Assembly: GCA_021824915.1 (NCBI GenBank)
Contig: JAKAJP010000030.1
Span: 1 to 32,290, forward strand
DNA from: a bacterium
GTDB lineage: Bacteria > Patescibacteriota > Microgenomatia > UBA8517
Length of the DNA stretch: 32,290 bases
Direction of reading: 5' to 3'
The notes under the pieces are model-generated. The model saw only the letters and a program-made list of their open reading frames with translations, did no database searches and was not told where the DNA came from. A program made the position numbers and the translations under genes. Below are positions 8,728-16,865 of the stretch, piece after piece (the stretch's first letter is position 1; each line of letters begins with the position of its first letter).

Positions 8728-9963
8728 ATGATAAAACAAAAAACAAATAGCCAGCCTACACAAGTCTTAAGCAGTTTAGAAGAAGCGAGGGTTAATGTAC
8801 CTTTAGAGAACCCCAATTTGCCAATGCCGCTCAAGTTTGAAGTATCAAGGCCTGAAATTATAAAAAAGTCACTAGCGATTAAAGATCTTACTTTACCAAC
8901 TGAAAGTGGGCAGGAAAGAAGCGTTGTTGGAAAGGTTTTTGATCAGGTTGTAGAAAAATTAAAAGAGCATAATTTTTCTGATATTCATATAGTGAGAGGA
9001 AATCCCATTGTTGAAGTAAGAGATAATTTTGATAAACTCCTCTTTTCGCCAGGAAATCCAGGAAGGTCATCAACTTACACTAGGTACACCGATGAGAATC
9101 ATGTATTAAGAACCCACACGTCAGCACTAATACCATCAACTTTTGAGAAATTGGATAAAAAAGATTTAGACCGCTCGACTTTTGTACTCCCAGGCTTAGT
9201 TTATAGAAGAGATGTGATTGATCCTAAACACTTGGACGTGTTCCACCAAATTGATGTATGGACACTTCAGAAAAACAAAAAATACGGAAAGACAAATAGA
9301 AAAGATTTGTTAGAGCTTGTTAAAGCCGTGTTCGAAGCAGCCTGTCCGGGTGCTGAAATGAAAATTAATGAGGTAAAGCACCCCTATACTTTAGATGGTA
9401 TAGAGGTTTATGCGAAAATTGATAACAAAGAGATAGAAGTCCTCGAAGCTGGGTTGGCGCACCCCACAGTGTTAAGTAATTCTGGCATTAATCCTGAAGA
9501 ATACTCGGGTTTGGCTTTGGGTATGGGTGTTGAACGCCTAATCATGGCACGAAAAGACCTACCGGATATCAGGTTAATTCGATCGACAGACCCCCGTGTA
9601 ATTAAACAAATGACGAATATGGAAAAGTATAGGAGTGTCTCTAATCAGCAAGCCATGTCGAGAGATATGTCCTATTGTGTTGAGAAAGACGAAACAGAGG
9701 AAGATATCTGCGAAGCTATTAGGGTTGCGTTTGGGGAGAATAGCGATTTGTTGGAAGAGGTTAAGATTTTAGAGAGAACTCCATACGAAAAATTGACTCC
9801 AATTGCTAGAAAAAGACTCGGTGCATCAAAAGATCAAGTTAACGTTTTGGTAAGAATTGTTTTAAGACATCCCGACAGAAGCTTGACCAAAAGGGAGGCT
9901 GCGGATTTGTACTCCTCTGTTTATCCAAAATTACACCAAGGGTCAACTTTGGGATATGAATAA
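8728..9963 (+). CDS. Single-chain PheRS-like class II ligase with C-terminal FDX-ACB-like domain (PheS-related 'SrmL'-like / mitochondrial PheRS-like architecture)
   Basis: DNFDKL, VLRTHTSA, motif 2 GLVYRRD...HLDVFHQ, motif 3 GLALGMGVERL, PDIRL, then SRDMS...LRHPDRSLT. First ATG is 8728; the ORF track opens at 8689. Confidence 0.85.
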   Translation: MIKQKTNSQPTQVLSSLEEARVNVPLENPNLPMPLKFEVSRPEIIKKSLAIKDLTLPTESGQERSVVGKVFDQVVEKLKEHNFSDIHIVRGNPIVEVRDNFDKLLFSPGNPGRSSTYTRYTDENHVLRTHTSALIPSTFEKLDKKDLDRSTFVLPGLVYRRDVIDPKHLDVFHQIDVWTLQKNKKYGKTNRKDLLELVKAVFEAACPGAEMKINEVKHPYTLDGIEVYAKIDNKEIEVLEAGLAHPTVLSNSGINPEEYSGLALGMGVERLIMARKDLPDIRLIRSTDPRVIKQMTNMEKYRSVSNQQAMSRDMSYCVEKDETEEDICEAIRVAFGENSDLLEEVKILERTPYEKLTPIARKRLGASKDQVNVLVRIVLRHPDRSLTKREAADLYSSVYPKLHQGSTLGYE

Positions 9964-10615
9964 TAATCGGCGTAAGCGTCTAATCACCTTAAGAGAAGCG
10001 TATGAAAAGGAACCTTACAGTGTTAAGCTTAGTGGCCTCAACCTTAGGATAGAAAAAGGTGTTTTTCCTCCTGATGTATCATTTGCTACTCTAAAACTTG
10101 GGAAAATTCTGGGTAACTATCGTCCCGAATCAGCAATAGACATAGGAAGCGGGTCTGGATATCTTGCATTTGTGCTGAAACGAAATGGTGTTCAAAGAGT
10201 ATTTGCAAGTGACATAAATCCGGCCGCAATTAATTGCATAAAAGAAAATGTACGGTTAAATCCCGGCTGTAATCTTAACGGAATTTATTTGAGTGACCTT
10301 TTTAGTAATCTTAAAGAGAACTTAAAGTTTGATCTTATTATCTTCAATCATTTTTACCGTCCCGAAGGAACGGGTATTTTTGGTCCAGTAAACGATGCGG
10401 GAAAAGAGATAATTGAACGGTTTTTGACACAATCAAAACAAAGATTAACTCAAAACGGTGTCATTATTATGAACTTTGTTGAGATGTCTGATCCTGAGAA
10501 TAGCCCGGCAGCAATTGCGAAGCAGATGGGTTATAAGGTGAAAGTATTATTCCAAGAGAGTAACTATCAAAATATGGGTAATTTCTTTGTTTACGAATTT
10601 AAACTGCCAAGTTAA
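9956..10615 (+). CDS. Class I SAM-dependent methyltransferase (HemK/PrmC-like fold)
   Basis: GVFPP, IDIGSGSG, SDINPAA, SDLF, KFDLIIFN. Overlaps the ligase stop by 8 nt. Confidence 0.85.
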   Translation: MNNNRRKRLITLREAYEKEPYSVKLSGLNLRIEKGVFPPDVSFATLKLGKILGNYRPESAIDIGSGSGYLAFVLKRNGVQRVFASDINPAAINCIKENVRLNPGCNLNGIYLSDLFSNLKENLKFDLIIFNHFYRPEGTGIFGPVNDAGKEIIERFLTQSKQRLTQNGVIIMNFVEMSDPENSPAAIAKQMGYKVKVLFQESNYQNMGNFFVYEFKLPS

Positions 10616-10616
10616 T

Positions 10617-12068
10617 TTATCGGCTAATATACTCATCTAGCTTGATAATTGAAGGCAATTTAATCTTGTCTTCTTTGTGAGTTTTATTATAGAAATCCTC
10701 TGCAATCTTTTCGTACATCATTGAGTATATTCTGATGGTCAGTTTCTGGTCATCAATGGTCGAGAGTCTGTCTAATTCTTCCTTGATAACTCTTTCACCA
10801 GCACAAGCTTTAATAAAACTTTTAAACAGATCTTTCGATGTCAAAGTTCCGGTCTCATAGGCGTCAGTAAAGTACCATCTATTAGATTTTTCACCTAATA
10901 AGGGGTGTAACATTTGCCTTAAATCGATGTTGTGCCCTAAAGCCACTTCATCATTTTTTATCAATTGCCACTGTTGTAATGCACCTTGATGTATATCAAA
11001 GTACACAGACGACATTCTTCCTCCGTACTTATCGTGTGCGTATTCTGTAACTTCGGGATTATATTTTGTCAAACGAGGCGCAAATGTAGAATAATTGACA
11101 ATAAAAGTAATTAATCCAATCTGGTTGTTGTTTTTGTCTCTTAATTTTAGGTAAAAATGAAAATCAAGTTCGGTGTTTAATGCTTGTTTGGGGATATTAG
11201 CCACATCATCATTATTCTTATTTTCAACAAGCTTTCTCAAGGATTTATAGCTACCAGCCTTAATATATTCTTCTACTCTCAAGATATAGGGCATAGAAAT
11301 TTCGATAGTGTCAATATTTCCCCTTGCCATTTTAAGATACCAAGCTACCACATCGATATAGTGATAGCTTGTGTGAGAGAGTGTGCCAACCCCGTCAATG
11401 TGTCCGTGCGCGCCACCCTTAAGATATTCGCTTGGATATTTATGAATTCCCCCGTTGATTATAACGTTCATATATCTAATTCCTTCACCAGTCTTTAAAT
11501 ATATTTTATTTAACCCATCTGCTACTTTGATAAAAGGGATTAGCGCTCTTCTTCGAAGGGGAGAGCAAAACATGTAGTTTTTATTTTCCTTTTTGATTTT
11601 GTCATATAATAAATTTAATTTTTCATATTTTTTCTGAATTGACCGAGCTTGATTTATATCTAGAGAGCTATTCATATTGGTAACTAAAGGTTTATCACAA
11701 AGTAAATTTATTTTATTTTTAAGTGCCCATTCGCAGTAAAAATAGTGATGAACAGGGTCTGTCGCAACAATTACCGCATTAATTAGCTTTTTTATATTAA
11801 GTTGATCTAATTCGTATTGTAGTTGGTCGGGTGATTTTCCAGACGTATCAATCCATTGTGGGTTATCTAGTTCTAAAATCTTTTTGAGGTTGTCACGTAT
11901 TTCCTGTTTTTCTGTATCCCTTGGATTAACCGGATCACAGATCGCCACGACTTTTACATTCATGCCCTCTGATTTCAGACTAAGAATCGAGGAATAATGA
12001 TTCTTTTCAGTCCACAAGCCACTACCACCGGCAACAAGAATGTTTATTGTTTTAGAATTCATTCCCAT
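10617..12068 (-). CDS. Gfo/Idh/MocA-family NAD(P)-dependent oxidoreductase
   Basis: N-terminal Rossmann ILVAGGSG, VVAICD, AVIVATDPVHHY, LLCDKPL, and GTLSHTSYHYID (H-x-x-D catalytic region). Confidence 0.8.
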   Translation of the reverse strand: MGMNSKTINILVAGGSGLWTEKNHYSSILSLKSEGMNVKVVAICDPVNPRDTEKQEIRDNLKKILELDNPQWIDTSGKSPDQLQYELDQLNIKKLINAVIVATDPVHHYFYCEWALKNKINLLCDKPLVTNMNSSLDINQARSIQKKYEKLNLLYDKIKKENKNYMFCSPLRRRALIPFIKVADGLNKIYLKTGEGIRYMNVIINGGIHKYPSEYLKGGAHGHIDGVGTLSHTSYHYIDVVAWYLKMARGNIDTIEISMPYILRVEEYIKAGSYKSLRKLVENKNNDDVANIPKQALNTELDFHFYLKLRDKNNNQIGLITFIVNYSTFAPRLTKYNPEVTEYAHDKYGGRMSSVYFDIHQGALQQWQLIKNDEVALGHNIDLRQMLHPLLGEKSNRWYFTDAYETGTLTSKDLFKSFIKACAGERVIKEELDRLSTIDDQKLTIRIYSMMYEKIAEDFYNKTHKEDKIKLPSIIKLDEYISR

Positions 12069-12134
12069 ACGTCACATTTGAGTATTAGTATATCAAGATT
12101 TAATAGCAAACTATAATTTGGAAGGAACCCTTAT

Positions 12135-13565
12135 TTAGAAAAGTTCGTTTTGGTCAGCTTTGACTTCAGCCCTTTTGAAAGGGTTTATTTTATCCGTTGG
12201 TAGTTTTAGCCCCTTGCCTTCAAACCACTCCTTTACTGAAAGTAGTTGTATTTTGGGGAAAGATGTTGATTCAGAGTATCTATATTCTCCGGCTAAAGCA
12301 GCTTCTCTTTTCATCTCGCTTGTAGGTTCGTGTAATGTTATTAAAACTCCCATAGGCGCACTATCCCTTTCAATATCTCCCTTGAGCGTTGAAACTTCAT
12401 TCCGGTGGTTTGTGTTTCCGCCCTTAACTTGAACAATAATCTTTTTGAGCTTGGGATTTCTTAAATCTTCTCTATCATAAAAAAGGATAATTCCATCAAT
12501 ACCCCTGTCTGCGCCTTTCTTTGTCTCACCACTTGGGGGGCTGGCCCCAACAAGAGTTATTGCCCAATCTTGAAATGAAAACTTATCTTTTTCAGCCAAA
12601 CTTACTGCTGACTCAAAATCCATTGGTATTCCATCGAGATGTATTTGTATTCCGGGGTAATGAGCATTCATTCTTTGGTTTATAACATTTACTGCTTGCA
12701 TACTAATGTCTATCCCAGCCCAGTTTCTGTTTAATCTTTCGGCGACTGCAACCGTAGTTCCGCACCCACAAAACGGGTCTAAAATCCAATCACCCTCTTT
12801 AGATGAAATTTTGATTATTCTTTCGAGGAGTTTTTCGGGTTTTTGTGTAGGATAATCCAATCTTTCTTTATCCATAGGGTTTAAAGCTGGTATTTCCCAG
12901 ACATCCATAGGAATTTTGTAAATATCATTTGCACCAATCCTTGCCCCTTTGGGATTTTGAGCTCTTTCCATAGCTTTTTCTGTTCTTTTATCAGGGTCGG
13001 CCATTGGGTCAAAATGATAATCATCAGTTTTTGTGTAGAAGAGAATAATGTCGTGTTTTTTTGAATAATGCTGTTTGCTAGCTCCTCCAGTTTGATAATG
13101 CCATACAATTTCATTCCTGAAATTTTCCTTTCCAAAAATCACATCCATAATGATTTTTAGATAATGGCTTGCCGTCGGATCGCAATGCAAATATATTGAC
13201 CCGGTTGTTTTCAAAACGCGATGAAGAGGCATAAGTCTTGCAGTCATATTGACCAAATAGGCCATCATTTGGTTTTGACCGATAAATTCTGAAAGGCTGT
13301 TTATAAGTATGGCTATTTGTGGTTTTGGATTGTTTTTTAATTCGTTAAATATCCTTACTGTATCTTCCGTCCATTCCCAAGTATCCTCGAAGGCGTGAAT
13401 TTGGGCTGAGGAATCAATCTGACCTTCCTTGAAAAGTACGTTGTAGTTACGGTTTGAATTGAATGGGGGATCAAGGTATATTAAATCAAAGAAATTTTCA
13501 GGGATTTTCTCTTTCAATACCTCTAAGTTATCTCCAAAAAAGAGAGTTCTGTTTTGAATATCCAT
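12135..13565 (-). CDS. Amino (N6-A/N4-C) DNA methyltransferase, beta class, fused to a C-terminal Mrr-like endonuclease domain
   Basis: GDNL, DLIYLDPPF, YPTQKPE, ILDPFCGCGTT. The C-terminus has GADRGIDG...IVQVKGG (Mrr-type D...QxK). The ORF track opens at 13571. Confidence 0.9.
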   Translation of the reverse strand: MDIQNRTLFFGDNLEVLKEKIPENFFDLIYLDPPFNSNRNYNVLFKEGQIDSSAQIHAFEDTWEWTEDTVRIFNELKNNPKPQIAILINSLSEFIGQNQMMAYLVNMTARLMPLHRVLKTTGSIYLHCDPTASHYLKIIMDVIFGKENFRNEIVWHYQTGGASKQHYSKKHDIILFYTKTDDYHFDPMADPDKRTEKAMERAQNPKGARIGANDIYKIPMDVWEIPALNPMDKERLDYPTQKPEKLLERIIKISSKEGDWILDPFCGCGTTVAVAERLNRNWAGIDISMQAVNVINQRMNAHYPGIQIHLDGIPMDFESAVSLAEKDKFSFQDWAITLVGASPPSGETKKGADRGIDGIILFYDREDLRNPKLKKIIVQVKGGNTNHRNEVSTLKGDIERDSAPMGVLITLHEPTSEMKREAALAGEYRYSESTSFPKIQLLSVKEWFEGKGLKLPTDKINPFKRAEVKADQNELF

Positions 13566-13660
13566 ATTCAATTGCTACAAACAGTCCCAATATAGCAGAA
13601 CTATAAAAATGCTACAAGGAGAAGCTGGTCTATCAGTCCCATTTAGCCTAGCCTTGGGGT

Positions 13661-13882
13661 ATGAAAGTTGTTTCAGAAGCTCATAAAAGGTTTGGCCAAA
13701 GATTAAAAATTTTAAGAAAAGAGCAGGGAATGACGCAGGAAGATTTAGCGTTTAAAGTGGGAGTTGATAGAAGTTATATGGGTTTTATCGAGAGGGGAGA
13801 GAAGAATGTTACTCTTAAAAGACTAGTTGATATAGCTAAAGCTTTTAGGGTGTCTCTTTCGGAGCTCTTCAAATCAATTTAA
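13661..13882 (+). CDS. XRE-family HTH regulator, similar to RM controller (C) proteins
   Basis: FGQRLKILR...MTQEDLA...DRSYMGFIERGEKNVTL. Divergent from the methylase gene. Confidence 0.88.
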   Translation: MKVVSEAHKRFGQRLKILRKEQGMTQEDLAFKVGVDRSYMGFIERGEKNVTLKRLVDIAKAFRVSLSELFKSI

Positions 13883-13980
13883 TAAACTTGCAATTTTAGT
13901 GGTAATATACAGGTATAAAACACCCTTGATAAATGGGCTTTTTTTGTAGCTAGTCTTTTACTAGAAAAATTACAATTAAT

Positions 13981-15813
13981 ATGACAACGGAAAGAGTGGA
14001 TGAGTATTATCGCTGGGTTTTAGATAGGCTGAAAGAGCTTCTGGATACTTCTCCCTCAAATAAACCAATTCGCTATGAGTTAAGTCATGTAGCTGCGGCT
14101 GGCGTGCCCAACAATGAGACTGAGGAAAACATTGTTAGAAAGTTGGCAGAACTAGGCATCGTCAAGATAGTAGGGGAACATCCAAGAACTTGGGAATATA
14201 CACATAACGGTTACTTTGAGCTTTTGATTCTTCAACCCCAATTTGACGAACTATGTAGAAAGTTTGGTGTTATTGAGGAAGCTAATAACAAAATTGACGT
14301 AAAGCCTAAAGCTGAAGAACCTAAATTTTTAGAAATCGAAGATTTGTCCGAGGATACACTTCTGCCTGTTTGGTGGGTAATAAAAAGAGTAAAAAACGAA
14401 TATTTAGCCACTATGGAGGGTGAGGAGGTGTTACTTAAATTTGTTCCTGGGGAAGTCATAATTGCTGGAAACCAAAGGACTATCCCAGATTTGGAGGATC
14501 AGAAACTCGCAGTTAGATTGCTGCAAAAAATGGGAGCAATAAAGATTAAAAGTGACTATTTTACCCCCAAAGGGGATAATCGTTTTTATGTTCCTAAAGG
14601 TCAGGCGCCAAATGGGTATTATCTTGATATTTTACAACCTAGGTTTGATGAAATTTATAAACAAAGTGAGAAGGGGAATACGTCACCCAGACAACAAGAA
14701 GAACAAATTGATTTAATACAAGAAGACGAGCCAGTTGAAGTGATTTCGGCCGACCTCAAGGCCTTATTCTCACGAGTTGTCGCTGAGCAGGATGAAATTA
14801 ACTTTTATTTCAAAATTGCAGCATACGGAAAGTATTTAATAGATCACCCCCAGTTGAATCCAATTTTAAGTAATCTTTATGGGCAATCGAAAAAGGATGC
14901 CTTAGGCTTTTTGAAAATATGGGGAGAGTTCTTTGAATTGTGGAAACAGTTGGGTCAAGAATTAGTTGACCTGGCAGAAAAAAATGGTATCAAAGGAAAT
15001 CCTGATATACTTAATCAGGATCTAGCGAGACTAAAACAAAGGTTGGCGGAGCCAGATTTATCGTTTTATTCAGGAGATCTTTACAGCTACTACAGGCCAT
15101 ATTGTGATCTGATAGGCACTTTTGTACGAGAACAAAGGTCGGATTTAGTTGTTCCAAAGTATCTCGATAAAAATTTAGTTAGCTTAACCATTGATCCAAA
15201 ATATAGAGCAGCAACAGAAAGTTGGGATTTGTATGTTAAACAGCGTGTTAATGAACCATGGTGGGCGCACTATCAGATAATGAGATTGACTTCCGGCGTC
15301 CTCGATTTGCCAGACAAAAAGCTATATTTCAAGGATGATAATTTTGTAGACACGCTTTATAAAACAGGGTTTAATGAGCTTGGTAGAGGAATAAAACTCA
15401 GCTTTCTTAATAAGAATAAATTTACGGAATGGATAAAAATACTGCATGATTATATTATCCCGCGACTTGCCAAACTAAATAAAGACAAGGGTGGTATTTT
15501 TTCAGGTTTTAAAGCAATGATCCTGGGTGGTGACAAAATGACAAAACGTGAGCGAGATAAAGAGTTTAATCGACTAAAGAAAGTTTGTGACCTGAGTACA
15601 AAACAAGAAAGTTTGCTTAGGATTTTATTTGATTTCAGGCCACACGATACCAAAAACCTTGAGTCAGATGTGCCGACTAAAGCACTTTCCCATCTTAAGG
15701 ATTCACTAAATGGGAATATTAAAAGGGAAGCATATACGATTGATTCTAAGCTAGGAGGACCACTTGATAAATCTTTTTATACCTTGAGAAAGATCATCGA
15801 TGAAAACAAATAA
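13981..15813 (+). CDS. Hypothetical protein with an internally duplicated N-terminal domain
   Basis: 610-aa ORF with two similar segments ending LLILQPQFDEL and LDILQPRFDEI. Confidence 0.75.
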   Translation: MTTERVDEYYRWVLDRLKELLDTSPSNKPIRYELSHVAAAGVPNNETEENIVRKLAELGIVKIVGEHPRTWEYTHNGYFELLILQPQFDELCRKFGVIEEANNKIDVKPKAEEPKFLEIEDLSEDTLLPVWWVIKRVKNEYLATMEGEEVLLKFVPGEVIIAGNQRTIPDLEDQKLAVRLLQKMGAIKIKSDYFTPKGDNRFYVPKGQAPNGYYLDILQPRFDEIYKQSEKGNTSPRQQEEQIDLIQEDEPVEVISADLKALFSRVVAEQDEINFYFKIAAYGKYLIDHPQLNPILSNLYGQSKKDALGFLKIWGEFFELWKQLGQELVDLAEKNGIKGNPDILNQDLARLKQRLAEPDLSFYSGDLYSYYRPYCDLIGTFVREQRSDLVVPKYLDKNLVSLTIDPKYRAATESWDLYVKQRVNEPWWAHYQIMRLTSGVLDLPDKKLYFKDDNFVDTLYKTGFNELGRGIKLSFLNKNKFTEWIKILHDYIIPRLAKLNKDKGGIFSGFKAMILGGDKMTKRERDKEFNRLKKVCDLSTKQESLLRILFDFRPHDTKNLESDVPTKALSHLKDSLNGNIKREAYTIDSKLGGPLDKSFYTLRKIIDENK

Positions 15814-15960
15814 CAACAGTATTTCAAGGCTAATTAATTCACCGATACCTCATGTTTATTTTTGAATAGCAGATATTTAGCTTCAAAAATTTCAATTATT
15901 ACTTTCGACTGGTGAGCATAGACAGGTCAAAAATAAAGCTGGTTACGTTTTTGAAAATTT

Positions 15961-16233
15961 ATGACTATGACTCAAAATCTAGATATCAATGACTATTACT
16001 CGACTTCAGATCTCGCGTTAGCAACCGCGATTTCTCTTTATTATCCACTTGAGGTGGTTGACCGTAGCAATCCCCATAAGGCTCAATTTCTTTTCAAAAG
16101 AGATGACAACCTGGATAAATTTATAGAATCGTATTGGAGAGGAGATCTTAAAGTAAGTCCTTCTTCTTATTTTAATCAGCTAAAAATCATAAAAGCCCGG
16201 CTTTACGAAATGGAAAGGAGCCGCAATGGCTAA
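15961..16233 (+). CDS. Small element protein, DUF5659-like
   Basis: YSTSDLALATAI...FLFKR...YWRGDLKVSP-x-x-YFNQLK-x-x-KARLY pattern, recognised from memory. Confidence 0.7.
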   Translation: MTMTQNLDINDYYSTSDLALATAISLYYPLEVVDRSNPHKAQFLFKRDDNLDKFIESYWRGDLKVSPSSYFNQLKIIKARLYEMERSRNG

Positions 16234-16414
16234 AATTAAAGTTACTTTTGAACAGGTGGAATTGAGTAAGGAGGAGTTAAAAAATCGCATTGATTCCATT
16301 TTTGATATTTTGTTTGAGGAAATTGTGAAGTCGTCAGTACGGCCAAATAAGAATATTTCTATAGATCGCGTGGATGGCGGGAGGGAGGTGAATGAACAAA
16401 TATGCCTAAGTTAA
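16226..16414 (+). CDS. Small hypothetical protein
   Basis: 62-aa ORF with an AGGAG SD. Overlaps both neighbours. Confidence 0.55.
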   Translation: MAKIKVTFEQVELSKEELKNRIDSIFDILFEEIVKSSVRPNKNISIDRVDGGREVNEQICLS

Positions 16415-16815
16415 TTTTCAAAAAAAGAGTAGTTCCGGATGCGGGGAAAATAATGACCCATTTGGTCTCAGTTGGCGAAGTGGAGAACCAGTTTTACAAC
16501 CCAAAAGAGCAAAGTGAGGATAAAAAGACGCAGTTGGAATGGATTTTTGAGTACACGGACAAGCCGGGAATGCAAATACGGCTTTGGTCTACCAAAAGTC
16601 TATCAACTTACAAGGGTAAGAAATCCAAAGCTCTAACTATTACTGAATCCTTGCTGGATAAAGAACTGACTGATGAAGAAAAAGAAAGTTTTGGAGATAC
16701 CGATCAGTTGGTTGGACGAAAGTGTTATCTAACTGTTAAGCACGAGAAGAAAGATGACGGTCAGATTTACGCAAAAGTAGTTGATTTTGAAAGCGAATCA
16801 GGAATTCCCTTTTAA
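16402..16815 (+). CDS. Putative phage-type single-stranded DNA-binding protein (OB-fold-like, acidic IPF tail)
   Basis: Beta-rich, LVGRKCYLTVKH...YAKVVDF, ends ESESGIPF. Strong GGAGGTGA SD; sits directly upstream of the primase. Confidence 0.6.
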   Translation: MPKLIFKKRVVPDAGKIMTHLVSVGEVENQFYNPKEQSEDKKTQLEWIFEYTDKPGMQIRLWSTKSLSTYKGKKSKALTITESLLDKELTDEEKESFGDTDQLVGRKCYLTVKHEKKDDGQIYAKVVDFESESGIPF

Positions 16816-16822
16816 CTTTCAT

Positions 16823-16851
16823 TCCGGGCGTAACTTCAAATTGCGCCTGGA
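16823..16851 (+). promoter_or_regulatory. Intergenic RNA hairpin upstream of the primase gene
   Basis: TCCGGGCGTAA-(7 nt loop)-TTGCGCCTGGA: 11-bp stem with two G-U pairs and no U-tract. Confidence 0.5.
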
Positions 16852-16865
16852 GACGAGAGCTGAAT

